NCBI GenBank assembly: GCA_044226015.1
Contig: JBGAHS010000010.1
Location: forward strand, 64,001 to 128,000
From: Candidatus Obscuribacteraceae bacterium
Lineage (GTDB): Bacteria; Cyanobacteriota; Vampirovibrionia; Obscuribacterales; Obscuribacteraceae
Reading direction: 5' to 3'
Length of the DNA: 64,000 nucleotides
The notes under the pieces are model-generated. The model was not told where the DNA came from and searched no databases. It saw only the letters and a program-made list of their open reading frames with translations. The translations under genes and the position numbers were made by a program. This document shows positions 49,242 through 59,878 of this stretch, piece by piece. Each line of letters opens with the position of its first letter. The first letter of the stretch is position 1.

Positions 49242-51674
49242 TTAATCCAGTGTTTCCAAAAGCGCGTCGAATTCAATGATACTGGTGCGAAGTGTTGCTC
49301 GCAGGCTGTATAGCATTGTGATTCTGTTGTGTATTAGCTTGATTGTTTCCGACCACCAGTGGTGCGCTCTGCCTTCAGCTGATAGTTTTTCGACATTACT
49401 ATTTTTATTTACGTTTACGCCGAGGACCTTCGTACTCTTCCAGTACTGAATCAAAGCTTCCCGTCTGCTACCTGCTTCTGGCACCGTTGGTGATGGCGAA
49501 TTCAAATACCTCACCATAAGAGGCGACAGTGATTTGTATTCTGATTTTTGTCCGAAGACAGCAGCAAGTCCGTTGGGTTCAGCTTTGCTGGGGCGATATC
49601 CACCATGTCTTTCAAGCAAGGCGGTGACAGCCAGGCACGATACCATGAGTCCGGAAATGATATTGATTCTGTTTCCGTCAAGTACATATTGATCGTTTTT
49701 TGACAAACCGAGTGAGTCTGCCGTTACGCCGAGAAGTCCAATCTGATAGAAATTCAAAATGTTAGTCATTTGAATGATCATGTCCCTGGTTCTGATCATT
49801 CGGTCCATCACTTGCTGTTCTTTCAAGATTTGGTGGGAAACAGAATCGCAAGTTGACGCGGTGTCCAGATAACCTTCCAGTACGTCACGTGTTAAATTCA
49901 GTTTTTTTGCGCTGTCTCCAGAACCGCGAATTTCGTCAAGACTATTGGAGACATTGAGAAGTTCTGCCGCTGCTGCTACCGGTTCTCGGTTGCTCACAGG
50001 GCCTGCACCCCTAAATTGATTGTCGGCCGACCAACTGCCCCTGAGAAGTGCCAGTAAATCGCCGTCGAACTGTCCAAAAGTTTCTCTCAGAGAGGACAGT
50101 AATGCAATTCTGTTTCGTACAGTTTTGATGCTGTCCCATTTGCAGCTGGGCATGCTGCCCACCTTTGCCAGTGTGGTTTTGTTGTTCAAATTGACAGTGG
50201 AGACATCTTTTGTTTGCCACACTTCCATCAAGTGCTGTCTTCTCGATTTTCCGTCCTTTGAATGGGTCGAAGGAGAGTTAAGGAAGCTAGTGACTAGTGG
50301 TGAGTATTCGTTTTGCTTTGGATCCCGTAGTTCGAAAAAGTCGGCAAGTGAATTAGGTGGTCTTTGATTTTTCTTCCAGCCTCCGTGCGTTGCTAGCAAG
50401 GATATGGTTGTAATACCTAGCCCTATCGAGTCAGCAATAATAAATAACTCGTTGCCTGCTTTAGGATAGTGGTTTAAGTAGCTCCATCCAGCGCATGCTC
50501 CGAGTGTGCCTGTTTGGATAAAGTTCGCCTCGTATGTTTTTTGCAGGAACTTCCCTCGTCGAGCATTCATCGATGATAGAACTACATCATATTGATAATT
50601 CAATTCTTCCTGGCAGCGATTCACTGCAAGTTTCAACGTGAGATCTCCAGCTAAAATAGCCTCTAGAAGATCTAGCTGTAGCTCTTCTGTTTTTGCGCTG
50701 CGATCTTTTCTTTGCTGAAGTTCTCTTACTACTGATTCAACTCCAAGGAGCTGCGCTGCTTGTGATGCATCTGGAGATAAGCCAGGCAGCTGGACTGAGG
50801 TTTGCCCAGCGTTAAGTGTAGCGAACTGGGTGCCTCTTATCTCTGTCAGCAATGCGAGGATGTCTCTGTCAAGATCTTGAACGTACGTGTAGAGTGACCA
50901 GAGCAGCATCACTCTCGAGTTCAATACGAAAGGCGATTTTGATTTGCCGTCGTCGATACCGCAGAGACTTGATTTGTTTGCGAGATCTGCATGATAACGT
51001 TGTTTCCAGACCGCGTTCATTGCTTCTCGTCTTGTTTGATTTGCACCAGGCGCTGACAGATCGAAATATCGCACCAATAGCGGTGTCAATTGCGAACCGT
51101 CAACTGGCTTACCGTCAATTACTCGTGAAAGAAATTTTGGCGGAGCAAGGTTGTTCGCTTTGGAAAATTTATTGTAGAAGATGCACATTAGGGGCAAGCC
51201 AATACCCAATCCAGCACCAACGCTAGTGCAGACGGCAGATTGTGTGAATTGCTTGTGAATTCGACTATATGGTTCGATTGTGTACAGTATTCCGAACTGC
51301 AGAAAGTTGAAAACATTGAATAGTTGATTGATTGTGTTTGTTTTTCGTTCTTGTCTGGCTATGAGATCATATGCGTAAGCCATCTCGCTTTCGAGTCGAT
51401 TTTCGGTCATCTGCACTTGCATAGACGCATGCATGATCTTTCGCAGGACCTTCCCCCGAAGTCCATTGACCGCCGACATGTCGCTGTTGGAGTTCCTCTG
51501 ACGAATGATGTTTTCTGTTTCGCTCCGGATTCCCAGTAAGTCTGCAGTCTGGGCAGAACGCTCGGACAGTACTGTGTCAGTTCCCGCATAGCATGCTGTC
51601 AGAGGCGTGATTAATTGCGATATCAGCAGACAAGAAAGGATTTTTTTCCACGCAAGAGCTGACGGCGTTGCCAT
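49242..51674 (-). CDS. Large secreted hypothetical protein with three internal homologous modules
   Basis: Signal peptide; recurring NF.Q.G.L, PL...(Y/F)L(N/D)....RR......W, (N/S)R..(L/M)L.SL. Confidence 0.7.
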   Translation of the reverse strand: MATPSALAWKKILSCLLISQLITPLTACYAGTDTVLSERSAQTADLLGIRSETENIIRQRNSNSDMSAVNGLRGKVLRKIMHASMQVQMTENRLESEMAYAYDLIARQERKTNTINQLFNVFNFLQFGILYTIEPYSRIHKQFTQSAVCTSVGAGLGIGLPLMCIFYNKFSKANNLAPPKFLSRVIDGKPVDGSQLTPLLVRYFDLSAPGANQTRREAMNAVWKQRYHADLANKSSLCGIDDGKSKSPFVLNSRVMLLWSLYTYVQDLDRDILALLTEIRGTQFATLNAGQTSVQLPGLSPDASQAAQLLGVESVVRELQQRKDRSAKTEELQLDLLEAILAGDLTLKLAVNRCQEELNYQYDVVLSSMNARRGKFLQKTYEANFIQTGTLGACAGWSYLNHYPKAGNELFIIADSIGLGITTISLLATHGGWKKNQRPPNSLADFFELRDPKQNEYSPLVTSFLNSPSTHSKDGKSRRQHLMEVWQTKDVSTVNLNNKTTLAKVGSMPSCKWDSIKTVRNRIALLSSLRETFGQFDGDLLALLRGSWSADNQFRGAGPVSNREPVAAAAELLNVSNSLDEIRGSGDSAKKLNLTRDVLEGYLDTASTCDSVSHQILKEQQVMDRMIRTRDMIIQMTNILNFYQIGLLGVTADSLGLSKNDQYVLDGNRINIISGLMVSCLAVTALLERHGGYRPSKAEPNGLAAVFGQKSEYKSLSPLMVRYLNSPSPTVPEAGSRREALIQYWKSTKVLGVNVNKNSNVEKLSAEGRAHHWWSETIKLIHNRITMLYSLRATLRTSIIEFDALLETLD

Positions 51675-52060
51675 GGGGATAACTCCGAAAAAGCGATACT
51701 GTTTAATTGGTAAGTCTGCATTACATTGAATGCAGCAGGCTCATCCTAGCACAGTGGATTGAAGGAACAAGTAGTCCGGCCATTTTTAATCTGTTCGGTG
51801 CCTTTGCTTAAAGAACTAATTCAGCCGAAAAGAATTGCTCCTATTGATTTCGGGGGGTAATGCGGGTTCCGAATCGAACTCTGTTGACTTCTGAGTTTGG
51901 CTGCTTCAAATCGAATGCTTTGCAACGCGTTCTGAACCGAATAGTTTTTTTTTGCAAATCACCTTCTGTGATAGTACCGATGTTGGTGCAGGATTAATGC
52001 ATTCGAGAGCCGCGGGGCTTCGCTGGGTCTATGTCGATGCTGGGCTATGCCCTTGGTGGA

Positions 52061-52425
52061 GAACGGTTATGGCTTCGCGTTTTCTTACGCTCTCATGAAT
52101 TTCTCGAACGGCTATCGCTTCGCATTTTCTTTGGGCGCTCATGAATTTCTCGAACGGCTATCGCTTCGCATTTTCTTAGGCGCAGATAAAATTCTCGAAC
52201 GGCTATCGCTTCGCGTTTTTCTTAGGCGCAGATAAATTTCTCGAACGGTTATGGCTTCGCGTTTTCTTACGCTCTCATAAATTTCTCGAACGGTTAAGGC
52301 TTCGCATTTCTCTTACGCTCTCATAAATTTCTCGAACTGCTATCGCTTCGCATTTTTCTTACGCTCTCATAAATTTCTCGAACTGCTATCGCTTCGCGTT
52401 TTTCTTACGCGCTATAAATTTCTCT
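52061..52425 (-). repeat. Tandem array, 45-46-bp unit x8, GCGAAGCGATAGC element family (reverse orientation)
   Basis: gaacggctatcgcttcgc(g/a)ttttctt...aatttctc units. Confidence 0.92.
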
Positions 52426-52514
52426 TTGCTTGGGTGCTATGCCTTCGCTGAGGAGCATGCCTTTGTTGGTGACCATTTCATGAGCGATTATTTGAAATAT
52501 GGTTCAATAATTAG

Positions 52515-55500
52515 GTGCATAACAACTTCCAGAATTTGCTTTCAATTTCAGAACGAGATGTTTTTCTCACGTTCGGAACGCTTGTCGCAAACGAAGGGGA
52601 TGAATACCAGAAAAGTGCTCGAGTTCTTTCTGCTAATCTCTCACCGAATGGCAAAGCTGTGACTGGGGAAGTGCAGGGGAGTGTACTCGACCCTTATTCT
52701 GTTCAGATTCGTGCTGCAAGCGAAGGACTGAAGTGCAGCTGCTCATGCTCAATGCAGACGTATTGTAAGCACAGTGCTGCGTTGTTGTTTGATCTCATCC
52801 GCGGTGGTCGTGTCAATCGTGTAGCAGTTAAGAATGCATTGTCAGCGCAAGAAGAGCAGAAAGGTCTCTACTATATACTTGAACCGCAGAGTAATCCTCA
52901 TCGAGTTGAACTGAAAATTGTGCATGCCGCCAGAACTGCTGCCGGTGCCTGGAGCCTGATTCAAAAGGGCGAATTGTCACGAATCACTCAGAGAAGCGCA
53001 AGTTACATAAGCCAAGATGATTTTGAAATTGCTCGGAGTTTTCTTGCCTCCACTCGCAATGCTAATTGGATTTACAGAAACGCTTTTCCTGACACTGGTG
53101 ACTTGGGCGAGCGCTTATTGAAGCGAATCATTTCGACTGGGCGCGCCTACTGGAAAGAGCTTGGGGCTTCGCCGCTGACGATGGGACCAGAAAAGCATGG
53201 CAAAGTAGACTGGAAAGTTGGAACCTCGGGAAGGCAGATTCCATTTTTCAATACAGGCACCAGAGGTGATATCACAATTTTTGTCGGAGTACCCTGGTAC
53301 GTAAATGCAAGAAACGCCTCTGCTGGCAGCTTGAAGGTTGAAGTCTCTAATGGAACGCTGCGTAGCATTCTAAGTGCTGGTCCGATGGATCCATCGTCCG
53401 CATTGCAATTCTGGCAAACTTTGCTACGAGCGGATAAGAACATTCCGGCTCCAATTAAGCAAGTCGAAATGAAAAAGGTGTTGCTGAAACCATCTATTGT
53501 GCTCAATCTGAACAGTGTTGAGAAGCACGAAAGCCAGACCGATGCGAAGACCGGTGCGCAGACCGATGGACCGACCGGTGCGCAGACCGATGTAAAAGAA
53601 CATCTGTCAGCAGGAAAAGCTGAATTGAAATTCGACTATGGAACCCTGGATTTTCAAGGCAAAAGTGAGAAACGTGTTGTCAAAAACAACGTCGTGACCA
53701 TTTATCAACGTGATTTGGTTTTTGAAAAACAACATATTGCTGAGTTAGAGTCTTGCGGTTTAGTCTGCGCCACCCCACCAGAGGCAAGGGGGAGTGCAGC
53801 AAGCTTAGTCTTCACTGCGGCATCGCCTGTCAGCTGGTTGAGATTTACGCTAAAAGAGTCAAGCAAGTTGAAAGAAAATGGATGGCAAGTCAGAGCAGAT
53901 AGGCCATGCGATTTTAATGTTGTTAAACTTACAGCAGACTGGACTCTTGGTCTGAGTGAGGGGACTGACTTCTGGTTCTCTCTTGACCTTGGAGTGGAAT
54001 TTGAGGGGAATAAAATTCAACTCCTGCCGATAATTAGAAATGCGCTGCGAGCCTTGAAAATGCATTCTGAGCAAGCAACACTCGAAGTGCTATCAAATGC
54101 CAATGTTGACGGAATCTTTTATGCTGAAATTGGAGATGGTCGCTTTTTGGCGCTCCCTTTTGAGCGCGTAAAGATTATTGTGGAGAGCTTTCTCTGGCTC
54201 ATGGAGAATGGCAATGTTGGGGCTAGTGTGCAGATGGGTTCGGGAACTGATGCTGGAACTCAGATTCGAACTGATGCTGGAGCTGGTGCGGGGACCAATG
54301 TGGGAGCCAGTGTGGGAGCCAGTGTGGAGTCCAGTGTGGGAACCATTGAGGGGTCCAGTGGGGGAACTGATGCAACAGCCCGTGAGTCTGTTTCCTTGCC
54401 ACAATTATTCGAGCTATCCTCGAATCTTCAACATATAGCAGGAAGCCCAAATTTTCAATTCAATGAGTGCTTGAAAGAACTTTTGGAGAGAATCCGACGT
54501 CGTACGAATAACCCCACTGCATTGTCGCCGCCGCCTGAATTCAACGCCGAATTGCGTGGCTATCAACTTGAAGGAATGCGCTGGCTTGATTTCTTGAGGG
54601 AGTTTTCACTAGGGGGCATTTTAGCGGATGATATGGGGTTGGGAAAGACCATCCAGGCGCTAGCTCATTTCTGTGTGGAGAAATCGGAAGGACGACTAGA
54701 TAAGCCGGTTCTCGTAATTTGCCCAAGTTCTGTATTACCGAATTGGAAATCTGAGATTGATAGGTTCGCACCACATTTGTCCACATTATCTTTGTGGGGG
54801 ATTGAGCGTTCCAAAAACTTTCCCGAAATTAAGAACGCTGACCTTGTTCTGACCACCTATTCTTTGCTAAGTAGAGACATCGATGTTTTGTCGAAACAAG
54901 CGTGGAAGGCTGTGGTATTAGACGAAGCGCAAATGATAAAAAATCCTGATGCGCAGGTGACGCAAAATGCGTGTCGACTTCGTAGCGAATATAGAATTTG
55001 TTTGACCGGCACTCCGATCGAAAATAACTTGGGTGAACTCTGGTCGCAGTTTAATTTTTTGATGCCAGGATTTTTGCTTGACCGTTCCGAATTTGCTCAA
55101 TCTTTTCGATTTCCAATCGAGAAACATCAAGATCTGGCTAAGCGCCGACTCTTGAGTGACAGGGTTCGTCCTTTTCTTCTGCGACGGACCAAGGAGCTTG
55201 TAGCAAAAGAATTGCCCGAGAAAACTGTTATCCTCAAGAGGGTTGAACTTGAAGGTGCGCAGCGAGATCTTTACGAGACAATACGACTTGCAATGTCCGA
55301 AAAATTGAATCTTGTTCTTGAGAGTAAGGGCTTTGAGCGAAGCAAGATTGTCATATTGGATGCGTTGCTCAAGTTGCGTCAGGTTTGCTGTGACTCACGC
55401 CTTCTAAAAATGGACCAGGCAAAAAGTGTGACTGAGTCAGCCAAGCTGGATGCACTACTCAACATGCTTGATGAATTGCAGCAAGAAGGGCGCAGGGTCT

Positions 55501-55949
55501 TGTTGTTCTCACAATTTACTAGCATGCTCGACCTTATAATCGAGGAGCTTAATAAGCGTAAGATGGAGTTCGTTGAAATTCGTGGAAGCACCAGGGATAG
55601 AGTCACGCCAGTTAAGCGATTTCAGAGTGGTGAGGTCTTTTTGTTTCTGCTGAGCTTAAAGTCGGGTGGTGTGGGACTGAATCTGACTGCGGCGGATACT
55701 GTAATTCATTATGATCCCTGGTGGAATCCCGCAGTCGAAAATCAGGCGAGTGATCGTGCGCATCGAATAGGTCAGGATAAGTCAGTATTTGTGTTCAAGT
55801 TGATCGCGGCAGGCACCATCGAAGAGCGCATTTTGGAATTGCAAGAGAGAAAACGTGTTATCGCTGAGTCTGTGCTAGACGAAGACGCAGACCTGCCATT
55901 CGAGCTAACAGAGGACGATATAGCAAATTTGCTCAAGCCGCTGGTATGA
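52515..55949 (+). CDS. SWIM zinc finger + SNF2-family helicase
   Basis: CSCSC....CKH, LADDMGLGKT, LDEAQ, LTGTPIEN, FSQF, GLNLTAAD, WNP, DRAHRIGQ; contains short in-frame repeat inserts. Confidence 0.92.
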   Translation: MHNNFQNLLSISERDVFLTFGTLVANEGDEYQKSARVLSANLSPNGKAVTGEVQGSVLDPYSVQIRAASEGLKCSCSCSMQTYCKHSAALLFDLIRGGRVNRVAVKNALSAQEEQKGLYYILEPQSNPHRVELKIVHAARTAAGAWSLIQKGELSRITQRSASYISQDDFEIARSFLASTRNANWIYRNAFPDTGDLGERLLKRIISTGRAYWKELGASPLTMGPEKHGKVDWKVGTSGRQIPFFNTGTRGDITIFVGVPWYVNARNASAGSLKVEVSNGTLRSILSAGPMDPSSALQFWQTLLRADKNIPAPIKQVEMKKVLLKPSIVLNLNSVEKHESQTDAKTGAQTDGPTGAQTDVKEHLSAGKAELKFDYGTLDFQGKSEKRVVKNNVVTIYQRDLVFEKQHIAELESCGLVCATPPEARGSAASLVFTAASPVSWLRFTLKESSKLKENGWQVRADRPCDFNVVKLTADWTLGLSEGTDFWFSLDLGVEFEGNKIQLLPIIRNALRALKMHSEQATLEVLSNANVDGIFYAEIGDGRFLALPFERVKIIVESFLWLMENGNVGASVQMGSGTDAGTQIRTDAGAGAGTNVGASVGASVESSVGTIEGSSGGTDATARESVSLPQLFELSSNLQHIAGSPNFQFNECLKELLERIRRRTNNPTALSPPPEFNAELRGYQLEGMRWLDFLREFSLGGILADDMGLGKTIQALAHFCVEKSEGRLDKPVLVICPSSVLPNWKSEIDRFAPHLSTLSLWGIERSKNFPEIKNADLVLTTYSLLSRDIDVLSKQAWKAVVLDEAQMIKNPDAQVTQNACRLRSEYRICLTGTPIENNLGELWSQFNFLMPGFLLDRSEFAQSFRFPIEKHQDLAKRRLLSDRVRPFLLRRTKELVAKELPEKTVILKRVELEGAQRDLYETIRLAMSEKLNLVLESKGFERSKIVILDALLKLRQVCCDSRLLKMDQAKSVTESAKLDALLNMLDELQQEGRRVLLFSQFTSMLDLIIEELNKRKMEFVEIRGSTRDRVTPVKRFQSGEVFLFLLSLKSGGVGLNLTAADTVIHYDPWWNPAVENQASDRAHRIGQDKSVFVFKLIAAGTIEERILELQERKRVIAESVLDEDADLPFELTEDDIANLLKPLV

Positions 55950-56181
55950 GTCTGTGGACGTTTGTTTCATGAGTTCGCGAGCCGATTTCGTTTGCTTGTT
56001 GAATTCGCTCAACATCTCCTGCTGATACAAATCCTCTGGAGGTAATTGAAATTAATCGAAAAATCACAGCGCTGTTGAAAAATCGGTTTTTATGCCTTCA
56101 GCATTTTTTCCTTTGTTTCAGATTGATTTCAGAATCTGTATCTAATATTTAAAACTCATGAAAGTCCGATGAGGGCGGTAA

Positions 56182-57282
56182 ATGGTTGAGTATTTTGATG
56201 CAGAGAATCACAAGACTGAGTGGTCCACCGGACCATCTGTTGATATTCCTGTATTCTTTGCTTCCGATAGAAAGCGAATTAGCTCCAACAAGGAGACTGA
56301 CGGGAAGACTCTTGCGCCCCTACAGTTAGGCGAATGTATTGTGCGGGTGCCCTGTGAGCGTGAGTGGCAATCTTCCGAGACGGAATTGAAGGATGAGCTG
56401 CAGCAGTTGAACTGGGAAATGGAGCTGACAGAGCCTACAATTAAGCCAACTATCGATGTAAGGGGCTACGTTGCCGAACGTGCCCCACGGGCTGCTGTTC
56501 CGGTAGTTGCGGAAAATGTGCAGTCCTTCTGGTCAGACTTACGCTCCGCAGTTGAGAAACAAAAAGAGCATAAGGTTTACGTATACATACATGGATTCGC
56601 TTCTAGCGGTGAGAATTCGCTTTATGCATCGGGTGTTTTGGCTTCTCAGGTTCAGGCTCCGGTGGTTGCGTTCACCTGGCCATCTGCGGGAACTGTGGGT
56701 TTGAAATATCCCCATCTGGCCGGATCAAAAACCACGAGGGCGCTTTTCAAGGCTGACCGAAAGATGATCGATGACCCCCAAGTTGGAAGTGATCTCGGAG
56801 AATTCCTGGCTAGGTTGAAAACGGAGCTTCCGACAAATGTTCAAGTTGAATTGGTTGCACACAGTTTGGGCAACCGGCTGCTAACCAGGCACTTGAAAGG
56901 TTCGGCTCAAGAGAATTTCGATAACGTATATTTTCTTGCTCCTGATGTTGACAAGAAAGTCTTTCTCTCTTCTGTGCCAGAGATCCTCTCAAAATCCAAG
57001 CACGTTTCTGTTTTTATGAATCCACACGATAGGGTTTTGCAAATTTCTGGGCTGAACAATTTGCTTGAGTTTCATTCATGGAAAAAGCTGGGAAAGTCTA
57101 AGGTTAGTGCTGCGGGAATAGATTTCATTGATTATGGAGCAGTCGCCAAACCCAGAGGTATTGGCCACTACATACCGTTTGAACAGTTTGGGAGTCTCTT
57201 GAGAAACCAGAGCTTGTACTCGCCTGACGGGAAGAGGGAGTATATTTTGACCAGGCGAAGCAAAATCGAGAAGGCTGGCTAA
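56182..57282 (+). CDS. Alpha/beta hydrolase (DUF900-like)
   Basis: FFASDR, YIHGF, FTWPS, AHSLG, LAPDVD, DRVL. Confidence 0.8.
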   Translation: MVEYFDAENHKTEWSTGPSVDIPVFFASDRKRISSNKETDGKTLAPLQLGECIVRVPCEREWQSSETELKDELQQLNWEMELTEPTIKPTIDVRGYVAERAPRAAVPVVAENVQSFWSDLRSAVEKQKEHKVYVYIHGFASSGENSLYASGVLASQVQAPVVAFTWPSAGTVGLKYPHLAGSKTTRALFKADRKMIDDPQVGSDLGEFLARLKTELPTNVQVELVAHSLGNRLLTRHLKGSAQENFDNVYFLAPDVDKKVFLSSVPEILSKSKHVSVFMNPHDRVLQISGLNNLLEFHSWKKLGKSKVSAAGIDFIDYGAVAKPRGIGHYIPFEQFGSLLRNQSLYSPDGKREYILTRRSKIEKAG

Positions 57283-57316
57283 ATTCGAAAATCTGCGTGG
57301 GTGAAACGTGCTATGC

Positions 57317-57577
57317 AAAAACGCGATAGCGGTTCACGTTTTCCTATGTGCGGGTGAAAAGTGTGATGCAAAAACGCGAAGCGACAGTGGTTCGCAAATT
57401 TCTTATGCGCGGATGAAAAATGTGATGCAAAAACGCGAAGCGATAGCGGTTCACGAATTTCTCCGCGCAGGCAAAATGTGCGATGCGAAAACGCGAAGCG
57501 ATAGCGGTTCACGAATTTCTCCGCGCAGGCAAAATGTGCGATGCGAAAACCCGAAGCGATAGCGGTACGCGAATTTC
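57317..57577 (+). repeat. Tandem array, about 53-59-bp unit x5, GCGAAGCGATAGC element family
   Basis: aaaacgcgaagcgatagcggttcacgaatttctccgcgcaggcaaaatgtgcgatgcg units between convergent genes. Confidence 0.9.
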
Positions 57578-57713
57578 TATCGTGATCGTATCTTTAATTG
57601 AACCTTCATCACTGATGACAACCGTCTAGGCAAATATTTCATAGATATCGTGTCTCTGAGCTGAATTATATGGTGTCGGAACTTCTTCACCAGTGGCTTG
57701 GATTTTCTTTGTC

Positions 57714-58928
57714 TTAAGGCAAGTCTATTTCCATCAAACTAAGATCAAACCAAAAATGACAGCCACCGCTCTTTGATGGAATCAGGCCGATGTTGCCTTT
57801 ATGCAATTCGATAATCGAACGAGCCACAAACAATCCGAGCCCAATGCCTTCCTTAGGTCGAGCATCGCTCGAATCAAGTTGAGCAAATTTCTTGAACAGT
57901 TTAGGCAGCTGCTCGGGCGGAATACCCGGACCTTCATCGATTACTGAAAAGCGCACACGATCAGTTGTTTCGTGATCAACGACAATCAAAAGAGTCTTTC
58001 CAGAACTCGAATATTTAATCCCATTAGATAGTAGATTAGTGAGCACCTGCGTCAAGCGATCTTTGTCTCCGCGGATAAGCCCCCGAGAAGATAGTTCAGT
58101 CTTTATTTCCACGCGGGCTTCCATCGCCACACCTTTAACATTGGCCAAAGCGCTAGCAACAATTTCTACCGGCGAGAATGTTTCAAATTCCAGATGAATT
58201 GCACCGGTTTCGATTCTTCTAAGATCAAGAATATCGTTGACTAACCTGACAAGCCGATCACAGCTTGAGCGAGCCATGCTGATAAGTTCTTTCCCCTCTG
58301 CCGAAGCTGGATCCACAACCTCATTCTCGAGCAAGCTCAACACACCTCGCACAGAGCTCAGGGGGGTTCTTAGTTCGTGAGAAGTGATTGAATAAAAATC
58401 AGCGACAAGCGATTCGGCAAGCTTTTGCGTGGTGATATCTCGCCCGATAGAATAAACTTTTCCTTCTTCCAGAATCGGTACACCGCTCCAGGAAATCCAT
58501 TTGTACGATCCGTCTTTGCATAGAGTTCTTACTTCGGTGCAGGGATGCAAAATTCCCTCAGCTACATCCTTGAGTCCATCATATACTTTGTGAAGATCGT
58601 CAGGATGAGTCAGCTCCATTATGGAACGTTTGTCAAGTTCCTCACGGGAAAAACCAGTGATCTTGCACTCGACCTGATTTGACCACAGTATTTTTCCGTT
58701 GAAATCAATGATACAAATAATGTCCAGCGAGTTCTGGCAGAGCCGCCTGGCTTCTTCCGAACTGAAAATAAAGGACTCATTGTCAATCGAATATGGTGAC
58801 CCCTCCGACAGGTCGATTGCTGCCGAAACGAGTTTTTTCTGGTCTTTAAGGATGGTTTCTGGTGAGTCCAAATCAGTAGAACCCATATGGGGTGCCATTG
58901 ATAGCGTACCATAGACAAAAGGCTCCAC
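57714..58928 (-). CDS. Cytoplasmic PAS-domain sensor histidine kinase
   Basis: PAS (THPDD, KDGSYKWI), SHELRTPL, NLLSNGIKYS, DEGPGI, GIGLGL; start uncertain; no response regulator adjacent. Confidence 0.9.
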   Translation of the reverse strand: MEPFVYGTLSMAPHMGSTDLDSPETILKDQKKLVSAAIDLSEGSPYSIDNESFIFSSEEARRLCQNSLDIICIIDFNGKILWSNQVECKITGFSREELDKRSIMELTHPDDLHKVYDGLKDVAEGILHPCTEVRTLCKDGSYKWISWSGVPILEEGKVYSIGRDITTQKLAESLVADFYSITSHELRTPLSSVRGVLSLLENEVVDPASAEGKELISMARSSCDRLVRLVNDILDLRRIETGAIHLEFETFSPVEIVASALANVKGVAMEARVEIKTELSSRGLIRGDKDRLTQVLTNLLSNGIKYSSSGKTLLIVVDHETTDRVRFSVIDEGPGIPPEQLPKLFKKFAQLDSSDARPKEGIGLGLFVARSIIELHKGNIGLIPSKSGGCHFWFDLSLMEIDLP

Positions 58929-59163
58929 TAGAACGAATGCATGCTCAGCAGCCTAAGATGCACGAAATATAGCCGTCTTCGGGTGCCATGAGAGGAATAT
59001 TGGATTCTCCTAAGGTTAGCAATCACTTGCTTCTCTTGCCTTGATGTATTAAGTGAGCGCAGGTAGCTGCTGCAGTTTTCCTGCAGTGTCAACTTTCTCA
59101 CACCAAAGTTTTCTCTCCAGTTCTTTCAACGGGTCATGGGTCCTGAAGCAAGAGTCCTACCCC

Positions 59164-59199
59164 AAAAGAAAAGCGCCCCGTTTTCACGAGGCGCTTTCT
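59164..59199 (-). terminator. Intrinsic terminator downstream of the tRNA
   Basis: aaagcgcc...ggcgcttt stem with a T-rich tail on the minus strand. Confidence 0.75.
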
Positions 59200-59213
59200 A
59201 TCGGTCTTCAATT

Positions 59214-59290
59214 TGGCCTGCCCGGCATGATTCGAACATGCGACCTCATGGTTCGTAGCCATGCGCTCTATCCAGCTGGGCTACGGGCAG
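59214..59290 (-). tRNA. trnR: tRNA-Arg (anticodon ACG), CCA encoded
   Basis: Acceptor CTGCCCG/CGGGCAG, anticodon arm CATGG-CTACGAA-CCATG, T arm GCATG-TTCGAAT-CATGC, ends G-CCA; one C-A mismatch in the D stem. Confidence 0.95.
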
Positions 59291-59650
59291 TCAACGGAAG
59301 ATTCATTCTATCACGAGGTTCATTCCTTGCTAGCTTTGCCAACCGACCTTTAACTAAGATTGCGAAATGATACTTGACTACGGTGGGTGCCAGGCACGAA
59401 TCCACGTCCTGCCACTTTAGCAATCGGTCGATAGTCCCTAACCCCTCGCCAATTAAGCAAAAAGCTCCTTAATTTAGTCAAGTGCCGGCAAGTCTTAAGT
59501 CCGCCAAAAATGTTCAAGGAAAAGAGGCGTGTCCCTCGTTGACAAGAAGGGGCTGTTTCTTATCGCATAATGTCAGCATAAAGGAACCCCAAATTCAAAC
59601 TCTGCCTCTTGAAATGGCACGAGAGAGTAGTGATTTCTATTGGAGGAAGT

Positions 59651-59749
59651 ATGGTAATTACTTGGGGACCGAGCATTATTCTGAGCATCCTGCTAAGTAT
59701 CGGCTTGACTATATTGGTGAATGTCATACTGGGAGGTGTTCGGCGATAA
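59651..59749 (+). CDS. 32-aa hydrophobic small protein (not in ORF track)
   Basis: SD GGAGG upstream of ATG; MVITWGPSIILSILLSIGLTILVNVILGGVRR is one TM helix with a basic C-terminus. Confidence 0.6.
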   Translation: MVITWGPSIILSILLSIGLTILVNVILGGVRR

Positions 59750-59878
59750 CTTGGCACACCATCCTCAGTTATGAGCCTCAGTGTTCAGCTTCAGGAATGT
59801 ATGTTGTGTTCGTCAGCGCCAGAACTCATGCTTAAATAGGACGTTCAATTAGTCTGAGTACATCCGTTCCATTCAACT

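Noticed and set aside
59214..59290. tRNA as the attachment site of an integrated island
   Set aside because: No integrase and no duplicated tRNA 3' end seen in the window.
59053..59370. 105-aa ORF
   Set aside because: Antisense overlap of tRNA-Arg and its terminator.
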